A stretch of 64,000 bases of DNA from Verrucomicrobiales bacterium (GTDB lineage Bacteria > Verrucomicrobiota > Verrucomicrobiia > Verrucomicrobiales > V1-33). Below the pieces are notes generated by a model that was not told the DNA's origin, did not search any database, and saw only the letters and a list, made by a program, of their open reading frames with translations. Position 1 is the stretch's first letter. Every line of letters starts with the position of its first letter. The position numbers were made by a program, and so were the translations under genes. The stretch is from contig JBPCQC010000079.1 in NCBI GenBank assembly GCA_050998515.1, forward strand, positions 6,177-70,176. Direction: 5' to 3'. Of the stretch, positions 10,146-21,100 are shown in pieces.

Positions 10146-11114
10146 ATGAATGAAGACAAACGAAGCTTGCGCGTGGCGGCGGTGCAGTTTGAAAGCGCGC
10201 CCGGCGACAAAGAAGCTAACTTTCGCAAAATCGAATCGTTCGGCGAACAGGCCGCCGCACGGGGCGTTCGGTTGATCCTTTTACCCGAATGCTGTATTAC
10301 CGGTTACTGGTTCATCCGAAATCTTTCTGTCGAGCAGTTGGCTGCGCTCGCCGAACCGATTCCGGATGGCCCGAGCACGCGACGGCTAATTGAACTGGCA
10401 CGAAAGCTTGGGATGACGATTGGCGCCGGCTTCGTCGAGGCGGGGGCGCCAGGTGAATTCCACAACAGCTATGTGGTTGCAATGGCCGATGGCAGCTTCC
10501 AACGCCATCGCAAAATTCATTCTTTCGAACACGAATCGATTGTCAGCGGCTCCGAATTCACCGTCTTCGACATCCCGGACGGATTCCGCGTCGGTTTGCT
10601 GATTTGTTACGATTGCAACATCGTCGAAAATGTCCGTCTGACCGCGCTTGCTGGCGCGGAGATTCTGCTCGCGCCGCATCAAACCGGTGGCGTGCGCAGC
10701 AAAAATCCGCATCTCATGGGATTGATCGACCGTCGTCTGTGGGACCAGCGGCACAATGACCCCGCGTCGATCGAGGCAGAATTTCGCAGCGACAAAGGAC
10801 GAGGCTGGCTTATGCGCTGGCTGCCGAGCCGCGCGCACGACAACGGCCTCTTCCTCATATTCAGCAATGGCGTCGGCGTCGACGACGACGAGATTCGCAC
10901 CGGCAATGCCATGATTCTCGATCCCTACGGCCGCATCCTCGCTGAAACCTGGAAAGCCGCCGATGACATGGTGATCGCCGATCTCGATGCCAGTTTGCTC
11001 GCCGAAAGCACCGGCGGAAAATGGATTCGCGCCCGCCGCCCCGACCTCTACACCCCGCTCACCGTCCTCACGGGGAATGAATGCGAAACTCGCAAGCTGA
11101 AGTTTGAAGAGTGA
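10146..11114 (+). CDS. Carbon-nitrogen hydrolase (nitrilase superfamily)
   Basis: ATG at 10146. E-K-C triad context: VAAVQFES...LILLPECC (Glu), catalytic Cys in LLICYD. Confidence 0.85.
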   Translation: MNEDKRSLRVAAVQFESAPGDKEANFRKIESFGEQAAARGVRLILLPECCITGYWFIRNLSVEQLAALAEPIPDGPSTRRLIELARKLGMTIGAGFVEAGAPGEFHNSYVVAMADGSFQRHRKIHSFEHESIVSGSEFTVFDIPDGFRVGLLICYDCNIVENVRLTALAGAEILLAPHQTGGVRSKNPHLMGLIDRRLWDQRHNDPASIEAEFRSDKGRGWLMRWLPSRAHDNGLFLIFSNGVGVDDDEIRTGNAMILDPYGRILAETWKAADDMVIADLDASLLAESTGGKWIRARRPDLYTPLTVLTGNECETRKLKFEE

Positions 11115-11457
11115 GGCAGGCAAAATAGGCGGCTGATCAAGCAGTTCCGCAACATTTCGCAGCAGTTAAGGGACGGCTTAATCAATTGGCTTTGTCCGAC
11201 ATCATTGATTGCGTGGGGTGGGGAGCACACTGAGAGAAGCCATCCTTAAACGCATAAATGAGCGAATCGAGCGAAACCCGACTACCGCGGATGTACCAGC
11301 CGTTGTTCCGCATCTCGACGTAATCGTTTGGTTTCATGGTAGGTACACACTACGCGGTTTTGCCGCTGCTCTCCAACGCAATCTTCGGACGTACGTGCCC
11401 CCCGGCCCATCGCTTTTTTTATTGCGACTGGGCTTCGTACTTTTAATTTTCCGCTTC

Positions 11458-12354
11458 ATGAAGACACGAAGCCCGATTCTCTTCTCATTCGCGTCACTGA
11501 GTATGGCCGTGATCGCTTCGATCGCTTCCGCCGCTGACCCCGCGCTTTCGAATGTGCGTTCCGCCTTGTTGCTGGCGGCGTCGTTTGACAAGGGACTGGA
11601 TGCCGACTTCGCCATCGGCGATCCGAAGCTCTACACGGCGCCGACCGGCAACCGATCGCAGGCGCAACCCGGCCTGCCTGATGGCGAACTCGTCATTCAC
11701 GCAAAAAACGACGGGCACCATGGTGGTGCGTTACACTTTACGAAAAAAATGAAACCCGTTGTCTTCTTCAAAGGCGAGAAAAACCTCGGCTACAAGGCCG
11801 ACGGTTGGAGCGGCGCGGTGTCCTTCTGGCTGCGACTTGATCCGGACAAGGACCTTGAACCGGGCTACTGCGACCCGCTGCAATTTGTCGCGCAAGGCTG
11901 GGACGAAGGAAATATGTTCGTCGAGTTCAGCAAAGACCATTCGCCGCGACATTTCCGATATGCCATCCTGCCGGTGAAGAAGACCTGGAACCCGACCAAT
12001 CGCGGCTGGGAGGAAATTCCAGACAAGGAGCGCCCCATGGTGCCGGTGATCAAGCCGCCCTTCACGCGCGACCGGTGGACGCATGTTGTCTTCTGCTTCG
12101 CCAACGTCAACTCCGGCCGCAACGACGGCTCGGGCCGCCTATACCTCGACGGCAAAGAACAGGGCGCATTCAAAGAGTGGCCGCTCGCCTTCAATTGGGA
12201 GGTGAGCCAAAGCGCGTTGACCATCGGCCTGAGTTACATCGGTTGGTTCGACGAACTCGCCGTTTTCAACCGCCCTTTGACAGAGGCCGAGGTAAAAGTC
12301 GTGCGCGAGCTCAAAGACGGTGTGCGCAGCGTTGGAGCATCAACGTCGCCGTGA
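11458..12354 (+). CDS. Secreted concanavalin A-like lectin / LamG-domain protein
   Basis: Track ORF 11209..12354 trimmed to the ATG at 11458, which precedes the signal peptide MKTRSPILFSFASLSMAVIASIASA. LamG-like C-terminus (WTHVVFCF...GRLYLDGKE...WFDELAVFNRPLTEAEV). Confidence 0.65.
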   Translation: MKTRSPILFSFASLSMAVIASIASAADPALSNVRSALLLAASFDKGLDADFAIGDPKLYTAPTGNRSQAQPGLPDGELVIHAKNDGHHGGALHFTKKMKPVVFFKGEKNLGYKADGWSGAVSFWLRLDPDKDLEPGYCDPLQFVAQGWDEGNMFVEFSKDHSPRHFRYAILPVKKTWNPTNRGWEEIPDKERPMVPVIKPPFTRDRWTHVVFCFANVNSGRNDGSGRLYLDGKEQGAFKEWPLAFNWEVSQSALTIGLSYIGWFDELAVFNRPLTEAEVKVVRELKDGVRSVGASTSP

Positions 12355-12409
12355 CGATTTGGATTTGAACAGGAGGTCACGGAGGAAACGGAGGGTGGAA
12401 CGGGAAGTT

Positions 12410-12461
12410 GTAGCCGGGCCTCTGTGAGCCCGGTCGATCCGGCCTCCCAGAGGCCGGCTAC
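12410..12461. terminator. 14-bp inverted repeat (GTAGCCGGGCCTCTG ... CAGAGGCCGGCTAC) between convergent genes; likely bidirectional terminator hairpin
   Basis: Lies between the 3-prime ends of 11458..12354(+) and 12593..14062(-). Long GC stem but no clear U-tract. Confidence 0.35.
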
Positions 12462-12592
12462 AGCGCGCCGAGTGGCCAACCATCGGCTATTCTCTGCTAC
12501 GAAGAACTTCAGGCATCACCCATCGCGTCGCGAACGTCGCCATTAACTCTGTTTCCTCTGTTGCCTCCCGTGGGCAATTCCGGGGTACGCCC

Positions 12593-14062
12593 TCACGCGA
12601 GAACTTCCGTCACCGCCCTCGCTTCCTCGACTCCAGTAAGTCGCTGGTCCAGCCCCTGGAAGCGATAGGTAAACCGGCGGTCGTCAATCCCCATGCAATG
12701 GAGGATGGTGGCGTTGAGGTCGTTTACGTGGACGGGATTCTTGGTCACGTTGTAGCTGAAGTCGTCAGTTTCGCCGAATTCGATACCGGCTTTGACGCCG
12801 CCTCCGGCCATCCACATGCAAGAATTGCGCGGGTGATGATCGCGCCCGTAATCGTCTTTCGTCAGTGCACCCTGACTGTAGACGGTGCGGCCGAACTCAC
12901 CGCCCCAGACGACGAGCGTGTCTTCAAGCAATCCGCGCTGCTTGAGATCGATGACGAGGGCAGCGGTGGCCTGGTCGGTATCAAGGCACTGGTTTTTCAG
13001 CGCCGCCGGAAGGTTGCTGTGCTGGTCCCAGCCACGATGAAGGATCTGCACGACGCGCACGCCGCGTTCGATCATCCGCCGCGCGAGCAGCGCGCTGTGC
13101 GTGAACGATCCGGTGCGCTTCACGTCGGGCCCGTAAAGATCGAGAGTGGCCGGTGATTCGCTCGACAGTTCCGTCAGTTCCGGCACGGATCGCTGCATGC
13201 GGAACGCCATTTCGTATTGGGCGATGCGCGTCTGGATTTCCGGATCGCCGAAACGCTCGAAGCTCCGCGCATTGAGCCGGCTCAATGCATCGAGCATGGT
13301 GCGGCGGTCGCTCGTCTCGACGCCCGGAGGATTTTGAATGTAGAGGACCGGATCACCGGCCCCGCGGAGGGCGACACCGTTGTAAGTGGTCGGCAGGAAC
13401 CCGCTGCTCCACATGCGCGTAAAAAGCGCCTGGCCGTTGCCCGACGCAGGAAAAGTCGGTGTCAGCACGACGAACGCTGGAAGATCACCGCTCTCGCTGC
13501 CCAGTCCGTAAGCAAGCCACGAGCCGATGCTCGCCTTCCCGGGGACCTCGCTGCCGGTCATCACAAACGTGCAGGCCGGGTCATGATTGATCGCATTGGT
13601 ATGCACGCTTTTGATGAGCGCAATTTCGTCCACGATTTTCGCGGTATGCGGGAGCAACTCGCTGACCCAGCGTCCGCACTCACCAGCCTGACTGAATTTG
13701 AACTTCGACGGCGCCACTGGGAAGCGTGTCTGGCCGGACGTCATCGTGCTCAAGCGCTGGTTATTGCGGATTGAGTCCGGCAGCTCCTGGTCAAAGAACT
13801 TTTGAAGTTGCGGCTTGTAGTCCCAGAGATCGTGCTGGGCCGGTCCGCCGTTCATGTGAAGGTAAATGAGCCGCTTCGCCCGCGGTGGAAAATGCGGCAG
13901 CCCATCAAGCGCCCGGTGCACCGGGGAAAACCCGCCCGCCGCCCGTGCAACGCCGCGTTCGCCAAGCAGCCACGCCAGCGCCAGCCCGCCAACACGCACC
14001 CCGCATTTTCCGAAGAATTGCCGGCGTGTCTGCAGGAGTTGATGTTCGAAAAACGGGTCCAT
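12593..14062 (-). CDS. DUF1501 (sulfatase-like) protein with Tat signal
   Basis: ATG at 14060-14062. RRQFF twin-arginine motif. DUF1501 conserved blocks. Canonical downstream partner of a DUF1553 gene. Confidence 0.9.
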   Translation of the reverse strand: MDPFFEHQLLQTRRQFFGKCGVRVGGLALAWLLGERGVARAAGGFSPVHRALDGLPHFPPRAKRLIYLHMNGGPAQHDLWDYKPQLQKFFDQELPDSIRNNQRLSTMTSGQTRFPVAPSKFKFSQAGECGRWVSELLPHTAKIVDEIALIKSVHTNAINHDPACTFVMTGSEVPGKASIGSWLAYGLGSESGDLPAFVVLTPTFPASGNGQALFTRMWSSGFLPTTYNGVALRGAGDPVLYIQNPPGVETSDRRTMLDALSRLNARSFERFGDPEIQTRIAQYEMAFRMQRSVPELTELSSESPATLDLYGPDVKRTGSFTHSALLARRMIERGVRVVQILHRGWDQHSNLPAALKNQCLDTDQATAALVIDLKQRGLLEDTLVVWGGEFGRTVYSQGALTKDDYGRDHHPRNSCMWMAGGGVKAGIEFGETDDFSYNVTKNPVHVNDLNATILHCMGIDDRRFTYRFQGLDQRLTGVEEARAVTEVLA

Positions 14063-14325
14063 TGACGATCACCTGCCAGGCTTGCGCCGTTGCAGGTTCT
14101 CATAACCATGGTTCAGCTTGGGTATGAACACCACGGCGTTTTTGCTGCCCCGGCCTGGCAAGGCCTATTCGGACGGCTCGACTTCGGCAATGGAGCGCTG
14201 CTCGAATTGAGATCGGTGCCCTCCTTCCCGCGGGTCCCTGCCCTACCCGACAAGGAGATGGCAAACGGCTACGATGACACGGAGTGGGCCGCGTTTGAAA
14301 ACCGCTGTAGCAAAGCCAGCGACTG

Positions 14326-14660
14326 ATGGCTCCGTGGGAGATATGGACGTATGACTTTCCGGTCGAAGGACCGCATCCTTGTGTCATTTTCAGCAATTTG
14401 ACGCGCCTTGCACATCCGGCTTTCGATCGGGTCAACGTTTTGCTGTGCCGCACCCTCCGCGGTCCGCTACACCGAGAGCTGAGAGCAACGGAAGTCATCT
14501 AAACGGCGCCGATGGTCTCGACTGGGAAACCCTCTGTCGCGTAGATGCGCTGCACTTCATACTGAAGACCGGATTGCGCCAACGTCGCGGTCTGGTCTGC
14601 AATGAACGACGCAGACTCATTTCCCCTGACAACACCATTGACGTTCTGTCTTATCCTCTG
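14326..14660 (+). pseudogene. mazF/pemK-like type II toxin remnant (frameshifted and truncated)
   Basis: ATG 14326 to TAA 14500-14502 gives 58 aa: MAPWEIWTYDFPVEGPHPCVIFSNLTRLAHPAFDRVNVLLCRT..., aligning with the PemK/MazF N-terminal half (GEIWLVSLDP...RPVLIVTPAAFNRVTRLPVVVPVTS). The C-terminal-like segments (TSGFRSGQRFAV; RRLISPDNTIDVLSYPLSL) lie in another frame (track ORF 14379..14750). The upstream ORF 14090..14326 overlaps by TGATG and may be an antitoxin remnant. Confidence 0.35.
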
Positions 14661-14736
14661 TCCCTTCGGCTAGACAGGGGACCTAATACTCACGCGGACA
14701 CGATGAAACTCCAGAAGCACACTTCGAAATGCGCAC

Positions 14737-17700
14737 TCACTGCCGGGTGATCGTTTCATCAAGGTTCAGAAGGAGATTCGCGACCATCGTCCAGGCGGCG
14801 AGTTCGGGTGCGAGCAGGCCGCGGACTGGTTTTGATTCTCCCTGTGCGATCAGTTTCGCGGCGGCTTCTGGGTGCGCCTGGTATCGTGTTAGATGCCTGG
14901 CGAATGTATCCTGGACCACAGCCACCTCCTCTGGATCCGGGTTGCGCGCGAGGACGGTGCGGTAGGCGAAGCTGATGCGGTCGGCGGTCGTCACACCGCC
15001 TTCTTTCATGAGCCGCTCGGCGAGGGCGCGGGCGGCCTCGATGTGCTGGACGTCGTTCATGAGTTGAAGCGCCTGGAGGGGCGTATTGCTCCGTTCGCGG
15101 CGGGTGCAGAATTGCTCGCGATTGGGCGCGTCGAAGTTCGCCATGAATGGGGCGGGTGCGGTGCGCTTCAAAAATGTGTAGAGGCTGCGGCGATAAAGCG
15201 CGTCGCCGTGATCCTGCGTGTATTTCGCGGTGTTGCTCCCGACGAACCCGACCGGCTCCCAGATGTTCGGTGGCTGATAGGGATTAACGCCTTTGCCGCC
15301 GATTTTCAGGTCGATGAGCCCGCTGGTGCAAAGGGCATTGTCGCGGATTTCCTCCGCATCAAGCCGGAGTCTCGGCCCGCGCGTGAGCACTCGGTTGTCT
15401 GGATCCACCTTCAGCAATTCCGGTGTGATGCGCGACGATTGCCGGAACGTCTGCGAGGTGACGAGCCTTCGCGCGAGCGCTTTCACGTCCCAGCCCGATT
15501 CGCGAAACGTGACCGCGAGCCAATCGAGCAGCTCGAGATGGCTCGGAGGATCGCTCTGCGTGCCAAAGTCGCCGGACGATTTCACGAGGCCGGTTCCGAA
15601 GAACTGCTGCCAGAACCGATTGACGGCGACCCGTGCGGTCAGCGGCTGATTCTCTGCCACGAGCCACTTCGCGAGATCGAGCCGCGTCGGGCTTTCCGTA
15701 TTCGCGAGAGGCGGGAGAAATGCGGGAACGCGACGCGCCACCGGTTCGCCGGGTTTGTCATACTGCCCGCGCATCATCACGTGCGCCTGCCGTGGTTGGG
15801 GCAGGTCCTTCATGACGAAAGTTGCGGGAATCGCTGCGTCAAAATCACCGCGCTTCGTTTTGAGAGCGGCGAGTTCGGCATGCAGCGGAGCAAGTTTGGG
15901 CTGCGTCTCTGCGCAGACGAATCCGAGATAATGTTCGCGCAGCCGCTTGAGCTGTTCGGTCGTGAGATCCTTCGCCGGCTTCTTCAGCAACTCTCGAATC
16001 TCCGCTGGCAGTTCCTTCGGGGCTTTGCCGGCGTTTGCCGCTATCCACGCGCGCAACGATCGTTTGGGATCGGCGGCGGGATCCATGCGACCGGCCGCGC
16101 CGGCTTTGTCCCACGTCACCGTTCCGTCGAATTGCGTGAACGCCATGCCGGTGATTTTGTCGCCGGATTGCAAGCCGAGCTTCACCGCCTCGACTTCGAG
16201 CCGCACCCATTTTCCGGCTTCGGGCAGACCGCCCATGTTGACCCGCTCGGTCGTATCAGCCGCGCCCCATTGAATGGCGTCGTAGTCGCCCCAAACCGCG
16301 CGGTGCAGCCAGCCGACTTTGTGAAACTGGAGCATGATTGTCCGCGGCACATCGTCAGGCTCGAGAAAAACGTGCGCGAAAACTTTGCCTTCAACAGGAA
16401 TCTCCAGCGGTGGCGAGGCGCCTTCGTAGACATCCTGCGCGAGGCCTTTCGCCTGCCGCCGAAGCGCGCGCTTCCCGCTAAAGACGCGGCCAGTCGCTGA
16501 CTCGACCCACTGCGTCGGCTGGCCTGGACTCGCGGTGAATTTCCCGCCTGCAGGAGCGTCGTCCTCAACCCAGACGCTCCCGACCACCTGCGCGAGCGGA
16601 CGCGGCTCGGCCTCCGCAGGATCAGAATAAGCGACCGCCTGGACTTGGTCACCTAACGTTTTCTCAGCGGCGGTAATCCGCTCGGAAAAATCATCGAGCT
16701 GTCTGCGTTGCGCGGGCGAGATGAGTTGCACTGTCGGCCCGCTCAACAGGGTGTTGCCATCCAGCGCTGGGTCGGCCGCGCTGTAGAAGAACGCATAGAG
16801 AGAATAAAATTCCTTTTGCGAAATGGGATCGAATTTGTGGTCATGGCAGACCGCGCAGCCGGCGGTCAGACCGAGCCACGTCTCGGCGGTCGTTGCTGTC
16901 CGATCGACCGCGTAGCGGAAGAGCCACTCGGCATCGATCGAGCCGCCCTCCCCGGTCGTCACGTTGCAGCGATTAAACCCTGTCGCGACGAGCTGCTCCT
17001 GCGTCGGATGCGGCAACAGATCGCCGGCGAGTTGCTCGATGGTGAAGGCATCGAACGGCACGTTGCGGTTAAACGCAGCAACCACCCAGTCGCGGTACGG
17101 CCACATCGAGCGCTCGTTGTCCAGATGCATCCCGTGCGTGTCGCCGTAGCGAGCGACGTCGAGCCAGTGTCGTGCCATCTGCTCGCCATAATGCGGCGAC
17201 GCCAGATAGCGCTCGACCATCTTTTCAAACGCCTCATCCGAAACGTGCGCCACGAATTCCTCGATGTCGTTGATCGTCGGCGGCAGACCGGTCAGCGCAA
17301 AGGCAACGCGCCGGATGAGTGTCTCGCGATCGGCCTCGGGAGATGGTGACAGTCCCTTCTCCGCTTGCTTTGCTTGCACAAACGCATCGATTGAATTTGA
17401 GCTGCCCCATTCGGCAAGGACACCTTCTTCCGTTCGGCGCTGACCTCGGTCCTCTGTTTTCTGTCTTCTGATTTCCGGCACAGCTGGTTTCATCGGCGGG
17501 ATAAACGCCCAATGCCCCTTGAACACCGCGCCTTGTGCAATCCAATCGCGGAGCAGCGCGATGTATTCTGGCTTGAGCTTCTTGTTCGCTTTTGGAGGCG
17601 GCATCACGTCGTCCTCATCGCTCGAGGTGATGCGGCGGATGACTTCGCTCTGTTCCGGCTTGCCAGCCACGACGGGAACGATCCCATCGATCGCCGAAAA

Positions 17701-17877
17701 AAGCCCGTCACGGGTGTCCAGCCGCAGATCCGCCTTGCGCTTCGCCTTGTCAGGGCCGTGACAAGCGAAGCAGTGCTCCGACAGGATCGGCCGAACGTCA
17801 CGGTTGAAATCGATCATTTCCGTGGCGGCGGGCGCGGGCGTAATCATCGTCCATGACACGACCTTCGCGGCTGTCAT
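14737..17877 (-). CDS. PSCyt1/DUF1549/DUF1553 (PSD-family) protein
   Basis: Track ORF trimmed to the ATG at 17877 ([18 protein letters not shown]). Planctomycete-type cytochrome-c domain ([22 protein letters not shown]). DUF1549 and DUF1553 blocks. Paired with the DUF1501 gene downstream. Confidence 0.9.
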   Translation of the reverse strand: MTAAKVVSWTMITPAPAATEMIDFNRDVRPILSEHCFACHGPDKAKRKADLRLDTRDGLFSAIDGIVPVVAGKPEQSEVIRRITSSDEDDVMPPPKANKKLKPEYIALLRDWIAQGAVFKGHWAFIPPMKPAVPEIRRQKTEDRGQRRTEEGVLAEWGSSNSIDAFVQAKQAEKGLSPSPEADRETLIRRVAFALTGLPPTINDIEEFVAHVSDEAFEKMVERYLASPHYGEQMARHWLDVARYGDTHGMHLDNERSMWPYRDWVVAAFNRNVPFDAFTIEQLAGDLLPHPTQEQLVATGFNRCNVTTGEGGSIDAEWLFRYAVDRTATTAETWLGLTAGCAVCHDHKFDPISQKEFYSLYAFFYSAADPALDGNTLLSGPTVQLISPAQRRQLDDFSERITAAEKTLGDQVQAVAYSDPAEAEPRPLAQVVGSVWVEDDAPAGGKFTASPGQPTQWVESATGRVFSGKRALRRQAKGLAQDVYEGASPPLEIPVEGKVFAHVFLEPDDVPRTIMLQFHKVGWLHRAVWGDYDAIQWGAADTTERVNMGGLPEAGKWVRLEVEAVKLGLQSGDKITGMAFTQFDGTVTWDKAGAAGRMDPAADPKRSLRAWIAANAGKAPKELPAEIRELLKKPAKDLTTEQLKRLREHYLGFVCAETQPKLAPLHAELAALKTKRGDFDAAIPATFVMKDLPQPRQAHVMMRGQYDKPGEPVARRVPAFLPPLANTESPTRLDLAKWLVAENQPLTARVAVNRFWQQFFGTGLVKSSGDFGTQSDPPSHLELLDWLAVTFRESGWDVKALARRLVTSQTFRQSSRITPELLKVDPDNRVLTRGPRLRLDAEEIRDNALCTSGLIDLKIGGKGVNPYQPPNIWEPVGFVGSNTAKYTQDHGDALYRRSLYTFLKRTAPAPFMANFDAPNREQFCTRRERSNTPLQALQLMNDVQHIEAARALAERLMKEGGVTTADRISFAYRTVLARNPDPEEVAVVQDTFARHLTRYQAHPEAAAKLIAQGESKPVRGLLAPELAAWTMVANLLLNLDETITRQ

Positions 17878-17982
17878 CGGGCCGAGTGAGACGTGCAGAA
17901 ATGGGAGATGTTTCAAAGGGCGCAACACGCCCCAAGATAAACCACAATTGTGCCTACATAAATCGTTTGATTCAGCGATTGC

Positions 17983-18105
17983 GAATCTGATGGATTGGGG
18001 AGCACACGCGCCATCGCGTGTCCGAATCGGCGCCTCGCCGATTCGATTTCGAATTCCGGTCGGCGCGTGCGCCGACCACCGCACACGGGGGCGCGTGCGC
18101 TCCCC
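17983..18105. repeat. REP-A palindromic intergenic element, copy 1 (single unit)
   Basis: GAATCTGATGGATT + GGGGAGCACACGCGCCATCGCGTGTCCGAATCGGCGCCTCGCCGATTCGATTTCGAATT... ends in GGCGCGTGCGCTCCCC, the inverse of the left end (16-bp TIR, 1 mismatch). Several internal hairpins. Second copy at 55811-56000. Confidence 0.7.
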
Positions 18106-18184
18106 AGAAACTGTCTAATTCCGACTCGATAGAACGCAAAACAGGCTTGTCAGGCCGGATTGGGAATTACATTCTCCCACCACC

Positions 18185-21100
18185 ATGTCCATCTTTGGTC
18201 GCGCGCTCGCGGAATGTCGACATCATTGCGACGATATGCTGTCGCCCCTTCAGGACTGCGGTTTTCTTCGCCTTCCACCCAGGGCGGCACTGCGTTTGCC
18301 CTGGGCTGAGATATTTCGCCCCGTTGGGGCACGGCTCCGATCTCGTGGGTCCAGTTTACTTTCGCGTCCCCGCGCGTGTTTGGCGGCTGCTGCCCTGGTG
18401 CTCGCGGTGCATCCGATCTATTTTGCTTCGATTGACATTCTTCCGCCGGGGCATCGACCGATTCCGCCGGGCGTGCATGCGCTGGTGGGAGGCACGGTGG
18501 TGGCCAAGCCGGGCGAGGTGATCGTTGGGGGGACAGTGTTGATTCGCGACGGCTTCATTGAAGGAGTTGGAAAGGACATTGCGGTCCCTGCTGACGCTCG
18601 GGTGTGGGAGATGAAGGGGCTTACGATTTACGCCGGGTTCATGGATCCTTACCTGACACTCGGAACTCCCACTCCGCCTGCGAAAACGACCCAGAGCGAA
18701 CCGATTGCCGAGGCCGGCGATCTACTGACGGCGGGAGGGATTCAGTTCTTTGGAGTTCCGGGTGCGGAGGTGGACCCGGGCAACACTGGTCCCGGTTCCG
18801 AGATTTCATTGATCACACCGGAACTGCGCATGGCGGAGAAATATGCGCCGAGCGCGAAATTACTCGAGGGGCTGCACCAGCTCGGATTCACGAGTGCGAA
18901 TGTGATTCCTGAAAAAGGAATCGTACGCGGCACGAGCGTCTTCGTGGCGTTGTCCGAGGCGAATCCAAATAGTGTCATCATCAAAGCGGAAGTTTTTCAG
19001 CACGTCGCCTTCGCTGCGGAAAGCGTCGCGTCCCTCCCGGAGGGTGAGAGACAGAATCCTTATCCGCGGTCGCTGATGGGAGTCATTGCGGCGGTGCGCC
19101 AGACGTTCTTTGACGCCGATTTTTATGCGCGCGATCACGCGGATTATCGTCAAAACCCAGTTGGGCGAAAGCGTCCGGAGTTCAATCCGTCCCGCGAGGC
19201 GCTCGGCCCCGCGGTGGCGAAAAAGATGCCTGTGGTCATCGAGGCAGGAAGTGCCTTGATGGTTGATCGCGCGGCGCGAGTGGCGCGGGAACTGGGGTTG
19301 AACTTCCATCTCGTTTCCTCCGGTCAGGAATGGCGCCGCCCCGACCTCGCAAAAACGACGCAGGCTGCCTTCATCGTCCCGCTCGATTTTCCCGAAATGC
19401 CGAAGCTGCCGGAGGAAGACGATTGGTCGCAGGTGACGCTCGATCAACTTCGCGCCTGGGATTGGTTTCCGGAGAATCCTGCCGTCCTGCGGCGCGAAGG
19501 ACTCGAGGTGGCCGTGACGACCTTTGGACTCAGCGATCGTAAACAGTTTCGGAAAAAGCTCCGACTCGCGCTGGACGCCGGATTTTCCGAAGATGACGCA
19601 CTGGCGGCCTTGACAACCGTGCCGGCGAAGCTGTGCGGGTTGGAGAAGCAACTGGGCAGCATTGAAAAGGGCAAGATAGCCAACCTCACTGTGGTTAGCG
19701 GGAGCTATTTCGTGCCGGAGAATCGAGTTCGCGAAGTTTGGATCGATGGACGGATGTATCCGCTGAAGCCACCATCGGAGCCTGCCCTAATTGCCGGCGA
19801 AAAAGCGCCAGAGGTAAAAACGCCGGTCGCGCCACAAGAACTTGAGTTGATCAAACCCAAGCCGCCCAAACCCGAATCGGAGAAGTCGGAATCGGACAAA
19901 AAAGCACAAACTGAAACTTCTGCCGCGACCCCGCAGCCAGACCTGAAACTCACGGACGAAGAACGTGAATTGCGCCGAAAACGCGTGGCGAGGTCTCCGC
20001 TCGAGGGGAGGGGAGTGCTGGCTGAAGCACCGGCGGTGCTGGTGCGCGGCGGCACGATCTGGACAAGCGGACCGAAGGGGCGCCTCGAGAATGCCGATTT
20101 CCTGGTAGTGGGCGGAAAAATTGTGGCTGTCGGCGGGAAACTTGAGATGCCCGAAGAACAACGCGAGACTGGCGTGACGATTGACGCCGCCAACTACCAC
20201 ATCACGCCAGGCCTGATCGACGTCCACAGCCACAGCATGATTCTGGGCGCGGTAAATGAAGGAACCATTCCTTCCACGGCAATGGTGCGGATTGGCGACG
20301 TGGTGAACTCGGAAACGCCGAATATTTATTGGCAGCTCGCGGGCGGTTTGACGACCGCCAGTCTCTTGCACGGCTCGGCGAACCCGATCGGCGGCCAGAA
20401 TGCGATCATCAAACTCCGCGATGGCGCCTCGCCGGAAATGTTGAAATTTGATGGCGCGCCGCCCGGCATCAAATTCGCGCTGGGGGAAAACGTGAAGCAA
20501 TCGAATTGGGGAGACCGAAACGTGACGCGCTTTCCGCAATCCCGCATGGGTGTGCAGACGTTTCTGGCCAACCGGTTCGCGGCGGCTCGGCGATATTTAA
20601 AGGAGAAACGGCAGGCGGAGGCGCGGCCGGTTCGCCGTGACCTCGAGTTGGAAGCTTTGGGCGAGATCCTCGAAGGTCAGCGCTGGATCCATTGCCACTC
20701 GTATCGGCAGGACGAGATACTCGCTTTTCTGCGCCTCATGGAGAGCTTCGGTATCAAAGTCGGAACTCTACAACATGTGCTCGAAGGCTACAAAGTTGCG
20801 GACGAAATTGCGAAGCACGGTGCAGGCGCTTCCGCTTTCGCGGATTGGTGGGCTTACAAATTCGAAGTGTTCGACGCCATTCCTTACGCCGGAAGCCTGA
20901 TGCGCGATCGCGGAGCCCTGGTCTCATTCAACTCGGACTCCTCCGATCACGCCCGTCGCATGAACCTGGAAGCGGCCAAGGCAGTGAAATATGGCGGGAC
21001 ACCGGAAATCGACGCGCTCAATTTCGTCACCATCAATCCCGCCAAACAACTTCGCATCGATCAGCGGGTGGGCTCGCTTGAATCCGGCAAAGATGCCGAC

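Noticed and set aside
10386-11123. 245-aa minus-strand ORF antisense to the nitrilase gene; similar antisense ORFs 18860..19651, 19787..20539, 51754..52617 and 44554..45156
   Set aside because: All lie wholly inside strongly supported genes on the other strand and lack motifs.
11334-11615. Basic peptide ORF (…MKRKIKSTKPSRNKKSDGPGG…) resembling a ribosomal-protein-like sequence
   Set aside because: It is the antisense of the LamG gene 5-prime end and of an A/T-rich leader (reverse complement of a T-run). There is no family match, and it shares the palindromic TCATGA with the real start.
14893-16500. 535-aa plus-strand ORF inside the DUF1553 gene
   Set aside because: Antisense to a well-supported gene. 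Arg/Ala/Gly-rich composition typical of GC-rich antisense frames, with no recognisable motif.
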